Part shown: positions 22,395-35,689 of the stretch, piece by piece | How positions within the stretch are numbered: position 1 is the stretch's first letter | How the letters are laid out: each line of letters starts with the position of its first letter | Assembly (NCBI RefSeq): GCF_964194025.1 | Contig: NC_134475.1 | Coordinates: 3,658,001 to 3,722,000 of the forward strand | Length of the DNA: 64,000 nucleotides | Source: Convolutriloba macropyga | Lineage: Eukaryota | Direction of reading: 5' to 3' | Notes under the pieces: model-generated | What the model saw: only the letters and a program-made list of their open reading frames with translations | What the model was told of the DNA's origin: nothing | The model's database searches: none | Program-made: the position numbers and the translations under genes

Positions 22395-23193
22395 CTGAAA
22401 ACAAAAACACACTGGTCAGAACAAAAAGGCTACCATTCGAAAATCAAATCTGCAATTGTAAGCAACTGTGCAAAAATTTTCCTTGGAGTTTTTGTCCAGA
22501 CTTCGATTTTAATTACACCGCAAAAGAAGACCTGAATTGCTTCTGTCGAATTTGCCGGAGAATGTAACTTAATTCCGTTTCTCTATCTTTATATCAACTT
22601 TGAGGAATTGAGTTACTCTCAAAAGCTACGCTATTTTGAAGGGAAATTACTTTTCAAATGTTATTACTTTTTAAATTTGATCTTCCTTTTCGCATTTCCT
22701 TTACAAATGCAATTTTTTCAATTGCTTTTCAAATGTGATTCTAAGAACTGAATTAGAAACAAAAATTTATGCCAAAAGTTCTTTCAGCTTAATTTTTTGA
22801 AGTAAATAAGACTCTTCTCAAAATTTTAACTCGAAAATAATAACCAATGTTAGCGATCATTTTAATCCGATAACAATAATGTACAATTAAGCGTATGAAT
22901 AGCTACAAAACGGTGGAATTAAGTTTTTGATCGTTGTGCATTTCAGCGAAAATAGGATAGTATATTTTCACGGAGTTCAGGGTCCAAATGATTTAACCTG
23001 AAGGCCCCAATAAAACGTAGCCGAATTCCTCGAGGGCGAAGTATGTCAAAATAATTTCAGGTCTGTTTTTTTTGGTTTAACGTATGAAAAGACCAAAAAG
23101 CGTCAAATTAAGGTTGATCTGATCTGTACCCAAATGTTCTATGAAAGAAATTAAGTTCGTCGAATTTATTAATTAGCTGGAGTGAAAACTGAC

Positions 23194-23263
23194 CTGTAAT
23201 TTGGTATTAGCTGATTTTCAGGTCTACCAAAAAAGTAACGCCCACCAAACTGTGATGCTTGAC
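23194..23263 (-). CDS. Candidate upstream exon of the BT1-like gene
   Basis: Strong donor CAG|GTCAGT in the phase required by the 22394 acceptor; open frame ...FFGRPENQLIPNYS. Acceptor uncertain (23263 or 23223). Confidence 0.4.
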
Positions 23264-26200
23264 CTCGAACCAAAGTTCAATTCAAGATGCCAGAAAAAGT
23301 CTTTTCAAGAAGCAATTTTTTGCCTCCATTTATTTTAAATGCACGTCTGTAATTTGGTCTTCTCAATCTTTGGCAAATCTCAAAATCCCAATGTTATGTT
23401 AGAAAATTGATTATTTTATAAATGACAGTGCGTGGAAAATGGCTGTCGCATCTCCTGATTAGCTGTTGTAGTCGAAATCTAATTTCCATCTACTCTACCA
23501 AATGGTTTGATAATATAACGCAACTCCTCAGACAACTACTTGGAACTAAAAAAAAACAAGATTTTGGAAGTTTCTTGGTTAAATCTACGGCTATTGTGGG
23601 TTAAGTTAGTTTGCAACACAGTAATGCTGGTTTGCAATTCATTATGTTTGCTGCTGCAAGATTTTACTCGGTTTGTTCGGCTTTGAAGAGACCTCAACCT
23701 GACCATAGAGAAACTTTGCTTGACTTTACTCGGTTTCATAAGCTTCCAGACGTCTGACCGGATGTCGTTATGAAAAAGAACGTTGACCCCTATACGAAAT
23801 TTAGAGTTTTTTCATGAGTCAAAGATACAAAGTGAAACTAATTAATTTTTTACCCAAACCCAAAAGTGCTAAAAGAAACTGCTCACTGTTTTTTGTTTGG
23901 TATAAAGAAAGTAATTAAAGCCCATTCTAAAGAAAAAAAGTCAATTTTTTTAATTTATATCTTTTTACACACAAATAAAACAAGATGCAATGAACATTTT
24001 GAAAAACCGAAAAGTTGTAAATTGATAACTTCCAAAGAATTTACACTTGGTGTGTCCAAAGTAACTGCTTCAAATTGAAAAAGAAATAACTCAAGCTAAA
24101 CTAATTAAAGAATTATTTGGATTTAATTAGATAAAGAATTATTTCATTATTTGTGTTAAAATATTAATGAGTGAAAACAAAAAATTTAAAGTAAAATAAA
24201 ATTCATTGTTTTGCCAACTATTCTTTTAATAGAGTAGAACTGAATAAAAACAAGATTTTAAATTTCTTTTCAAGATTTATTAATTACCGTAGCGGAGTTG
24301 TATCCACCATTTGTTGCAGAAATGAAAACGTGGGGCAGAGTTATGTAGACTGAGCGGTGAATCAGTCGCATCAGGAGAAAACTAAAGCTCATCGGTTGTT
24401 GAGTTAAAAAATCTGAATCAATTAACTGACCGACCATTTTTTATTCAGTGCAATGAAGCAAAAAACTTGTCCAAATCAATGGGACGTTTATCATATAGGG
24501 CAATTCCTTGGCATACAAAACACTTTTATGTACCACTTTGATCTTGTTCAAAAATTCACATCACAGTTGGACAATGAGTTTGCGCAGTATTTATCTGTTT
24601 AGCCTAATTGCAGTCAAATATTAAAAAAAAGGACGGGCGTTTAAAGCCTGAATTTTTTTTCTCAATTATCGGGGCATTTTATCAGTGGCAATGCATTAAC
24701 AAAGCAAATAAAATGCACTCTTATCAAAAACTTATTTGTTTATGTGGAAAAAACATAATTTTTATCTTTGAGTGAAAAAACTTTTTGAAACAGAAATCAC
24801 GAAACATTTTTCAACTCTTTTCGGTTCATTCTTGCAATAATTGGCAAGACTTTTTTCGGTTAAGTTTGTTTAAGCAGTTTTATAAGAGGGTCAACAGAAA
24901 AAATGTACAGCTTAGTTGCTAAACGATCATTGTACCCCGAAACTCTAGAAGAGATTTTTAAATGAGATTACAAAAGACGCCATCAATTTATCAACAGTTT
25001 TGCTTATGATTAGCACAAACTAATCGATAGAACTCAAAAACAGACTAAAAATTCTCACCAAAATTAACTGATTTTTTTCTTTTTTGATAATTCACTTTTT
25101 ACGAGAAAAATTATAAAAACCAATTTACTCGAAACAATCGTTAAGTAAATAATGGTAAGGGGTAAAGACAATTGCAGGTATTATATCACCACTGATTCAA
25201 GCCACTGATAACGTCACATTTTATTTTTGTATTTTTATGCACAATCTTCAATTCTAAATCCAGTCTCTAACTGAGATTTGGATTCAGGGTGCCAAATCTT
25301 GGCCATCAACTGGATTTAGAGTTGGCGACATTGTCTTGCAGTCTACAAATATTACAGTATATATATGAGTACATTTTCATTCAATCTTTTAATTATAAGT
25401 TCAATCCTTTTTTGTTTCATTTTTAAGTTTTTATAAGGGTTCTTTTTCTGGGAGTGAACAATAGGGCGCAGTTTAATTGTTTGCGAAGACTCAAGTTTTC
25501 CTATAGATAATAGTTTGTGACTTCACTGGTGTGCACAAGAATGTGTAATCAGAGGTCACTTCAGTCTGTGATTCTCAACCTGGGCAAGACTTTGAGTTGG
25601 AAAGCCTCAAACCAATCCAAGACGTGGATTACATAAGTACAAGTTTTGGCCTAGTCTTGCAAAACCTACAACCAATACAAGACCTGGAGCGCTTAAATCT
25701 AAGTCATTGGAAGTCTTGGACAAAAGGTACACTTTACCTCTGTTATTGGCCTTCCTATAGTTACTAATGTCTGCCATTTGGTCGTTCTAAAAAGAACCAA
25801 TATCAATTGTTTTCGTTTTTATTTGGGCTGAAATTTCTAATCTAGGCTAGTTTCAATTCAACTGCGCCTTAATTTCCACAAACCTAGAATTGCCCAGTCG
25901 GGGTCAAATATTTTTTCTAGGCTCAATTTCTTTTCTGGTCCATATAGAAATCTGCATCATGAAGAATTGCAGAAAGGTGAAATATTGACAAAGATGGCTG
26001 TAATGAAATTTTTAAGTCAAATTTCTGGAAAAATTCTCTCAACATTGGAATCAATTGCAAGTATTTTCTGAGATGTGGCTGACTTAGATATGAAAATTTG
26101 CATCCAGAGTAAGAAATCGGTCCAAATTCGATTGTTAATTTGAAAATTGCTTCATGACTCGTGCATGATTTAAAATATTCTCACGAATGTTGCAAGAACT

Positions 26201-26426
26201 TTAACAGACCATTCTTAAAATCGTGGCAATAATTTTTACTCTATGAAAAGTAAATCATTTCATTTGCGTGGTTGTCAAAATCGTTCTTCAGTTTCTTGTT
26301 GCAGTTTTCCAGGTAGAAATCTTTGTCAAATTGAAAGTTTGAATCTTGTTACCGGAATAGCTTCTTCATTAAATTTCCTCTCCTACTCAGCAGCAGTTTT
26401 TCAATTCCCTTCTCATTCAATGGGTA

Positions 26427-26815
26427 TGTGATACCTAAAGATATCATAATCTGTTTGATTCAGTATATCTTATATGATGTTGTAAAGTAGTTCAGTTTAT
26501 TTGCCCTTGTTAATCCGGTTCATATTTATTCAGTTCGTGTCTTGTGATCTGTTGATGATTTCCTTCTTGGTTTCCGCCTCGTGATCAGACATGTCTGATC
26601 ACGCATTCACGTTTGCTTACAAGCACTTCATTTCATTTAATTTCATTCTCTTTATTTTGCTATTCAAATTCAGTTAACAAACTCTCTTGTAAATCCCGCT
26701 CCGCGAGTAAGCGCAAAGAAAATCAGTTAAGCTCATCGCTCCGCGAATCGGTAGTTAATTAAAATAAAGCGCACGCGCAATGCAAGTAACTACTCTATAT
26801 AACTAGAGTACGACA
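26427..26815 (+). repeat. 5' LTR
   Basis: TGTGATACC...GTACGACA; about 95% identical to 31971-32359 by eye. Confidence 0.95.
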
Positions 26816-29800
26816 TGGCGCAGTCGAGTGGTGTACTAAACGTACACCACTCGGAATTGACGCTTTCTGGGACAAACCTACACCCGATCTTCTCCTCCGC
26901 TGGGAGAAATGGCGAGTGCAATATAAATTGGCACTGTTGGCGAAAGAAAACATAATCCTTGATACACTACCTGGTCCCAAACCCGAAATGGTGGATTTTC
27001 CCCTCGAACCAATATACGACGAAACTATAGTCGGAGCTTCTGCACAGTCGGAGAGAGAAAGAAACGCTCGCAACCGCGCCACAAAAAATGAATTGGCAAA
27101 ACAAGTGCCACGACTCATAGAAGTTGGTATAATGTGTGGCGACAAACCGTGGCCTTTGGCGGATCGCAAAACCGTGTCTTTGCTGTATCTGAGCATCGAG
27201 GTAGAAGGACGCCGCATCCTCAATTGCAAGAACCCGCATATCATGATTGATACCCTAACAACTGTCGATTTCTGGAAAATCGTCGAAGAGGCATTCATCC
27301 TCCTCGCAATATAACCTTTGACCGTCATATTTTCTGGATTATCAAACAACTCCGGGGAGAAACGGTGGAACACTTCAGTTGTGGTGGCGAACAGACGCCA
27401 CCACATCTTCGGACTTTCTCGAATGAAGCCATCCAAGTAGAAGGGAAGGTTCATGCGTCAATAACGAGCAATGGATTGACTTGTGACCCTGCTATTTTCA
27501 CTATTGTAGCCGACGGACTAAAATCACTAATTGGTTGTGATTTGTTCGATCGCCTTGGTCTAGCTGTGACTCAATCTACATCTCAAAATGTAAATGTGTC
27601 AACAATATTTCCTCTGCATAGTTCAAAGAACTAATCGCAAAAACATTTCTTGAACTGGTATCGCGCATTGGGAGATCAAAGAATCACGTGGCAAAATCTA
27701 AATTTCATACAAATTTTCAACCTAGACATCAAAAAAGTAGACGAATCCCTATTAATTTACAGGAAAAAGTCAATATTGAACTAAAGAAATTGTTAGATGA
27801 AAAACATATCATTAAACTTTCAAGTTGCCCAGGCAAATACTTTATATCTCCAATAGTGGTTACAGTAAGGAACGAACAAACGATAAAGCTAGCATATGAT
27901 TCAAAAGTCCTAAACAAAGCCATTCACAAGAATAAAAATCAAATGCCAAACATTGATACGCTCGTTGAATCTATTTCCCAACAGATTAGTGCTCCCGCGT
28001 CGCAAAACACAACATACTTTTCAACGATAGATTTAAAGTATGCATACACTTAGTTAAACTTAGATATCAATACGGCAAACCATTGCAATTTTTATATTTT
28101 TAGTGGTGATATGACTGGCACTTACAGATTTCAAACGGGATTTTACGGGTTAACAGATGTGCCCGCTGAATTTTAAAAAACAATGGACTATACTTTGATA
28201 GGTCTAAAAAATACATATTGTTTCCTAGACGACATTCTGATAGTCAGTAAGGGATCTTTGGAAGAACATAAAAGTTATGTTATGAATTGTCTAAAACGAT
28301 TGGATGATGAAAATCTTAGAGTAAACTTTCTCAAATGTCACTTTGGCAAAATAGAAATCGAATGGCTAGGATATCATATATCTCAATCGGGTATTTCACC
28401 ACTTGAAAGTAAAACAGCTGCAATTTTGGCATTTGCAGCTCTGAAAACGCTAAAGAAACTCCGTTCTTTTCTGGGATCGGTGCATTATATCGGAAAATTT
28501 TTTCTAAACCTTGCACAAGTTAGCCACCCCCTCCACCCTCTACTTAAAAAGACATCAAAATTAATCTGGACAGAGGAGCAAGAGAAGTGTTTGAATGAAA
28601 CAAAAGATCGCATCGCAAACGCAACCACAAAAAATCACTATAACCCGCAACTCGAAACACCCATAAAATTTGATACATCGCGCTCCGGTCTCGGAACAGC
28701 GCTCGAACAACTAACAGTTGACGGGTGGAAACCAATCGCATTTGCCTCGCGATTTTTAAATTCATGGGAAGAGCGCTATAGTGTGAACGAACTTGAACTA
28801 CTGGGAGTAGTTTGTTTGATTGAATATTTTGAAAACTATTTGTATGGAAAAAATTTTGGAGTTATTACGGATCATAGCTCTTCTCTCTATTACGAAAAAA
28901 AATATATCAAATAAATCGTTTAATAGTAGACTAACTCGCTGGATAGATGGTCTAATACCACTTCAATTTGACATCGAACATCTTCCGGGCGCGAAAATGG
29001 GTCTCGTGGATTATATTTCTCGACAACCGTTTCAACAATCAAAAAAATTTCTAATTATGACTTGGAATTTATTGTAGCAAAACTCAAGTTAATTTCTGCA
29101 TCTATTAACTCATTAGATTTAAATAAAAACACATCCCGCAACACATTTACACGAATTATTAAAAACACACAATCCCGCAACGCAAATCACACCTAAAAAT
29201 GCTGCCGACATTAAGGCGATAAATTTAATTAGCACACATGCAGCACGTGTACGCAAACATGATTATTACAATACCCCGCGCCGCAAAATTAGCCTCAATT
29301 ATTACTTGTAATTTAAACAATGTGAAATATGTAGACCCCGCGTTGCAAATACCACTTAGCACTTCTCTCGCTCATCACAACACAATTAAGAATAAACAAT
29401 TAGTCCAAAATCGGAATCAATTTGCTCTCGCGCCGCGCGAGACTCAAATTCTTAACTCTAAATTCCCGCCAATTAGGAGACACTCCATAAGTAATTTTAA
29501 AAGGCCTTCTAAAAAGCGCATCACTCGAGTTCGTTTTAATGACACATCCCGCGCCGCGAATCAACAACCTTCGAGTCAAAACTCAACCCGCCTCGCAAAT
29601 CCACCCTCAAATACATCTAACAATACCCGCACAGCAAGTCAACGAACAACTTCGAATAACACTACCCGCGCCGCGAGTCCTTTACAGATATTAACCCAAA
29701 TATCTCCCGCTCATTCATCTTACGCGAATACTCCTCTCACACCCAGCCCACACGTACCCACATTTGACTACATTGTGTCAAAGATTTTCAATAAATCTCT

Positions 29801-31768
29801 CATTGCATCACTAACGAGTAAGGACGCAGTTTTAAAAGGAGTCAGGGATTGCATACTGACTAATAACGAAAGCCGCCTAAAAGCGTTGAACCCCTACATA
29901 CATTCGTATTGGAGAGATCTTCATGTTCGATCTGGGTGCATGTGTATCGATGAAAAAGTAGCCATACCAAATGTGTTGCGAGAGTCATTAACTGAGGATT
30001 ACACGCAAGCCATCCGGGCACATGGGGCAAGATTTGCATTGTTACACATTGCTGGTGGCCCTACATGCACCGCGAACTCAACGTAAAGGCTACTGAATGC
30101 AAGCCCTGCACTGTAATTGGTAAGAATCTTAAATCTATTGTTCCCGCTAAACAATTTCATCCTCTTGTACCGTGTGTTGAACCGAATCAAGAAATCCAAA
30201 TGATTTTGGAGGCCCGATTTTTGATGAAAAGGGTACCGAAGTTTTTTTTCTTGGCCGCTATTGATCTTTTTTCCAAATACCCTACTGCATGTAGTTATGA
30301 CAAAGCAAACGAACCTAATGTTCTAAAAATTTTTTGACATGTATATAGAAAATCACGGAATTCCTCGATCTATTCGTCTTGATCAAGCAAAATGCTTGAT
30401 TGGCAATCAAGTAAAGACTTTCTGCAACAAAAATAATATTTACATCATTGAAGCTCCAGTAAACGATCATCTTGCTATTGGTTTGGTAGAAACACTCATT
30501 CAAACGATTAGGAATAGACTTGCATGTATCAGAGAGGAAAAATTGTCTACCAATGACTTTAATCTAAAGCATGCTTTAAAGATAATAATACACCAGTTGA
30601 GAATATGTAAACAGAAAAAAAACAAAGATTTTGCCCTTCGAAGCACATTTTGGAAGAAAACATAATACCCCGCTGAGCGTGATATCGACAATACCTAAAT
30701 TGTCCAATCTCACGAAAGTATAGTAAACTACTATTTAGATGAAGACACAGTGATGTCGGAAGAAATACTTCCAGACCACAAATGGCTGAATGACTACCGC
30801 AGTGACGTTGAGGTGGAGAAAGTAATGTCACGAGCGACGCAAGAGGCCAAGTCAAGAGAACCGGTTAGCAACGATGGCGAACCTCGCTTCCTGCGAACAA
30901 AGGCCACTCGAACAATTCCCCTCAAAGAGCGTGCGGTCCAACTAAATCTAGCGCGAAAGATTCATGGCAAGAGACGATCAAAGAAAAATCTCGAAGGATT
31001 GTATGAGGTCCTCGCCCCGGGATCTCATATTTTGAAAGTTAGCCCAACGACCTCCGCCATCAAAGAGCCGGGGAAACCTGTAGTAACTGTAAAAAAAGCG
31101 ATATAGCTAAATTCGGGACGCAACTGGAGCGGCAAACTCCATTGAAAGCATACGCGGACCACAGAGGACCAAAATCTGGGGAACAGTTGTTGGAGGAGAT
31201 GATACAAAGTCATATTGAGGATTTTACGAGAAAACAGAAGGGGGACAAAAAGATGAAGCACCGCAAGCGTGATCCGGGCAGCGGGATCTCTTCATCGAAA
31301 TCAAACATCTCACGCGCGATGCGAGGCCTCATTCCGAAAGTACCCAACTTTCTTGCGTTGCGAAATCAGCAGCCAGAAGCAAGCACTGTTTCGCATAGCG
31401 AACTACCTACAACTTCCTCCACAACCACCAGGGCCACCACACAACCATCAAGACCATCAGATAGGACTCGCCGCAGCCCTTCTTTTTATGGATTTGAAAG
31501 TCCATCCCCTGACCCCACAATTGCAGCACCACTCAAACGCCCACAACGAGCGGGTGATATTTAAAACTTTCAGCCCTCATCTAGCTCTGTTGTTGAAACA
31601 GTGCAAAACATTGCTTAACAACAGCTAACTGAATTCAATGTATCTCCACGAATAGGAGAACTATCTCAAACCGCTTCGCGAAATCCTTCTCTCTTGGAAA
31701 TTGATACTCCGACCCTCGCGCATTCGATGACGGTTTATGAGGCCGAAAATCCTGATGACGATGAGTGA
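26815..31768 (+). pseudogene. Fragmented gag-pol of the Gypsy element
   Basis: ORF pieces 26916-27314 (gag), 27688-28914 (RT/RNase H), 29238-30665 (spacer plus integrase) and 30750-31564 (C-terminal tail). An apparent deletion near 27380 joins the gag N-terminus to the protease C-terminal part. Confidence 0.88.
26816..26826 (+). promoter_or_regulatory. Primer-binding site (tRNA-Ser type)
   Basis: TGGCGCAGTCG immediately after the LTR; matches the start of the tRNA-Ser PBS used by Drosophila 17.6/297-type elements. Confidence 0.7.
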
Positions 31769-31970
31769 ACTCAGGAGGAATTGAATTTACATATAGACTG
31801 ATTTAATTACAAACTCCAATTTATTACTATATATTTTTAGCTATGATAACCAGTAAATATATTGTTATTACTTATATATCCGGGGACCAAGTATTAATTT
31901 GTAAATATTGTTATTTTTTATACATTCGAAAATTGTATTATAACAATTTTCTTTGTCGGTGTAAGGGGTA

Positions 31971-32359
31971 TGTGATACCTAAAGATATCATTATGTGTTT
32001 GATGCAGTATATCTTATCTGATGTTGTAAAGTAGTTCAGTTTATTTGCCCTTGTTAATCCGGTTCATATTTATTCAGTTCGTGTCTTGTGATCTGTTGAT
32101 GATTTCTTTCTTGGTTTCCCGCCTCGTGATCACACATGTCTGATCACGCATTCACGTTTGCTTACAAGCACTTCATTTCATTTAATTTCATTCTCTTCAT
32201 TTTGCAATTCAAATTCAGTTAACAAACTCTCTTGTAAATCCCGCTCCGCGAGTAGGCGCAAGGAAATTCAGTTAAGCTCTCGCTCCGCGAATCGCTAGTT
32301 AAACAAAATAAAGCGCACGCGCATTGCAAGTAACTACTGTATCTAACTAGAGTACGACA
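31971..32359 (+). repeat. 3' LTR
   Basis: Direct repeat of 26427-26815, followed by TSD GGGTA. Confidence 0.95.
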
Positions 32360-35300
32360 GGGTAAATTAAAAATTATTGTTGCTGAATAGCAGTCACATA
32401 TCAAAAGTGCTCCCGTTTGCTGCACACTTATCAAAGGTTCATCAAGAAATAATGAAATTTGACTCTTCTAATTATGGTCTCGTAATTCATTCTGGTCGTA
32501 GCAATTGATATTAATTCAGGTTCAGTTTGCTACGACCTTGAAAAACTTTTTTTATATCAAATTGAAAATAAAATTTTTAAGAAGTACGGTCGATAAGCTT
32601 ATTCAGCTTGTTTAAGTGACGTGCCGTTTGAAAAACACATCAATTAAATTTTTATCTACAATCGAGCTTGAATTACCTTGCAAACTGATGTCCATCCACG
32701 TTTAAATACTGGCCAAAAAAAGCAAACGTCGATGAAAAAATAAATTTGTACAATAACCCCTGGAACACCGCAAAAACAAAGGGGCTACTTCCACGGAGAA
32801 ATTTAAAGCAGGTCATTGTTATCAATAATATAAATATATAATCAATAAATTTCAATTACACTAGCAGCTTTCTTCGTTAAGTGTAAAATGAGCGTAAAGA
32901 ACAATTATTGTAGCTGTTTCTGTTTAGCATGTCAAGTCCTGGCACCCCAAAGAAGATTTCTGCGTTTGTTCAACAGATAAATGATTTGGTGCTGTTTGAA
33001 CCATGAACGAATATAGTATGAGAGTTCGAACTTATCGACCTTTTGTCTGATAATTTCAAAACGATATCGAACTATTTGACGTAAAGTAATTTTGCTTTAA
33101 TCTATTGGCGACTGTGAAGTCAAAACCCTCTCGATAACGGTTGATCAATTTAGCCACTACAAATTGAAAATTAACAAGTAACGATTAATATCCTGTGCAA
33201 CAAAGTTAATTAATTTTGTTGACAAAATAAGCATTAGTTGAATTAAGGAATAGATTTATGGCTTTTAAAAACTGTAAGTGCAGCAGAAATCTTGCTCCAT
33301 TGAAAACTGATGAAACTGGTGCTGGATATATGAGCAATCATTTTTATATTAAATCAAACATAGCCTTCGAAGGCTTAACATTTAACTGAACCATCTTGTT
33401 TTCAGCAAAATTAGTTTCTGAAAAAAAAGATAATTTGAAAAATATTAGAAATAATTTGTTATTTGTGCCTGGTATATGTATCCATGTATTGATGAACGGA
33501 AGTTGAAAACAAAACAAATTGATTTTTTCCTTCACAACAGCTTCCACTTAATTGCTGTTTTTCTATGAAAGGCAACTGTTCGTGTATCTGAAAGACAAAA
33601 CTGCGGCGATAATCGACCTGCTTCTGGCAATCTCTTGTAATCTACGTACATTTCGCATTTTTTAGTTTTTATTGTACCGACCCCACTTTAGTGGGGGGGG
33701 GGGGGGGGGGCTGTATACTCAAATGGTTTATTTTGTTCAGTCAACTTTGGTCGATCGAAATATTCATCGCAGAGTTGTGAGTAGTATCATTAAAAAGCAC
33801 GTTTGGCGTAGAATATAGTTAAATAGATCTTTTGGATATCGTTTTTTACCAGGATTTATCGAGCTTTAAAATTTTGTGAAAATTAGACCGATTTCCGTTG
33901 TTTTAATTAAGATTTTCCATAATTTTTGCCAATTTTTCGTCAATTTTGCAGCAGAAAATTGTTACTCCAAACGAGGTTTAGTATTACTTCGGCCCCCTAT
34001 GAACCAATACTTGATAAAAAAATTTTCCCGTTTTTCGCTAATTTATTTAGAAATGTATCAAAATTGCATAATTAATTTTAGATAGCTTAAAACATTTCTG
34101 TCGCCAAATTATCTATTCAGCAAATAATTGAAACAATTATTATTTTAGTTGGAACTGCAGCTATATCAGGGCTAGTGTTGTTTTCTTTATGGACTCTAAA
34201 AATCAAAAATTATTCTCATTTTTCTAAGGCGCTAGATCAATTTTTACAAAACATTCGTTTTAGTATCGTAATTGCTGGCGGAAATTATTGAAAGTTATGG
34301 TTCAATTATTGCGAACTCCTTTTACATCAAAATTAGTTTAAATAAAAAAAAGATATATATTAGGTTTTCAGGATGAGCTCAGTCCTTTTAGCGCTCTGCA
34401 AATTGTTTTTTTAACTTAAAATTTATTCTTGTATTCTGCCGGCATTTGATTTTTTTGCAGTCTCTTTGTTTAGTATCAGTAATGCAGTAAATCAAATTAA
34501 CTTATTCAATTTGAACATGTGAAACTGAACCACATCTTTGGTTGATTTTTAATGACTTGTTTATAAATGTTTAAAGAAAATAATCAGGGAATTTTGGAAA
34601 TTTCCACCATTTCATATTACTTATGTCAACTTGCAGCTAGGTCTCAGTGACGACAACTCAATCCCTTTTTATGTAAATTAAATTTGATTGCGATAGTGGT
34701 TTCATGTTTGATTAATAGTTTTTTGACTTTCGTAATACCAGTTTTTGAAAGATGATATTGATATTCTTACAGGTTTGCCCATTTTGAGGTCTTTTTTGAT
34801 TATTCTAAAAACTATCACATTAATTACAAGTTCCGTTGTAATTTGAAGAACGCAAAACTGACCATATTTTTTGCTAATTTTATCTGGATTTTGACGGCTG
34901 CGACAACGCTCTCAAAAAATTTATCTAAAGTTTTCTTTACCAATTTTTCTTAACCAACTTTTTAGGATTTTCAAAAAAATTGTCTCAAAATAAGACTTTT
35001 GAAATTTGGCACTTTCAATCTTACTTCTGCCAATATTTGTAGCTAGCATCTGTATAGACAAGCCGCATCGTATTTCTAGCCAGCTGACTTAGGATATTTT
35101 TGTAGGTTTCATTTTTCATTTTTTGCCGCTAATGGTTTGTTGCTGGCTTTGATACTACGCATTTTCAATTTTAAAAAGTTGGATTTTTGGATATCTGCTC
35201 ATTTTTGTTTTTTGGTTCTGGTCTCAAGATCACACTAATGGCAGGTCTTTTTGGCTTTAAAACAATGCGTAACTGAACTCTATTAAGTTCTTGGGTCTAT

Positions 35301-35689
35301 TGATTACAATTTTAGCGGTTGCAACACGGTTTTCTTGTTAAATTATTTGTTTTTTTTTAAAAAAGCTTTGCTTATTTTGTTTTTCTTCATTTTATAGTTG
35401 TATGAAAAAATCTGTACACTGACAGGTCTCAAGCGCTTCCTCGAGCAATGTAAACGAATGAGTTGCAACTTCTGCCTCCAGTAAACCCCAAGGGGAACAA
35501 ATGAGCCTTTCCAATGATTTCAGTTGATTCCTAATGGTTTTGGTTTTTAATAGAAAAAATGTCTTCAGAGCATGAAAATCATTTTTGAGATTTGCCTTCT
35601 GCACTTATTATAGTTGAATTGTTTTAGTGTGTCATTAGCGAGAAGTCCCATGTTTTTTTGCGCCAATGAATTTGTTTTATTTAGATTTC

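Larger units (their letters stand above)
26427..32359 (+). mobile_element. Ty3/Gypsy LTR retrotransposon, both LTRs present, coding region decayed (5933 bp)
   Basis: 389-bp LTRs TG...CA, 5-bp TSD GGGTA, PBS TGGCGCAGTCG, purine tract before the 3' LTR. Domain order gag, PR remnant, RT (FSTIDLKYAY, YCFLDDIL), RNase H (PIAFASRFL, YSVNELELLGV), integrase (HPG..CKPC, DLFSKYP, HGIPRSIRLDQ). Multiple stops and frameshifts. Confidence 0.95.

Noticed and set aside
23690-24385. Candidate further 5' exons of the BT1-like gene (~24385-24288 and from 23789)
   Set aside because: Splice-like sites exist, but more than one frame combination is open and none shows a clear family motif.
25550-25728. Possible plus-strand exon (EVTSVCDSQPGQDFELESL...WKSWTK) for the first micro-exon paralogue
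   Set aside because: Open frame and a GT donor exist, but the acceptor is weak and there is no similarity to the second paralogue's exons.
26795-27454. 219-aa antisense ORF over Gypsy gag
   Set aside because: Shadow frame of gag with no recognisable motifs.
26427-32359. LTR-LTR differences are mostly transversions with no CpG decay, hinting at no TE methylation
   Set aside because: Only about 17 substitutions by eye, and the 1.8-kb duplicate shows several CpG-type transitions, so the signal is inconsistent.
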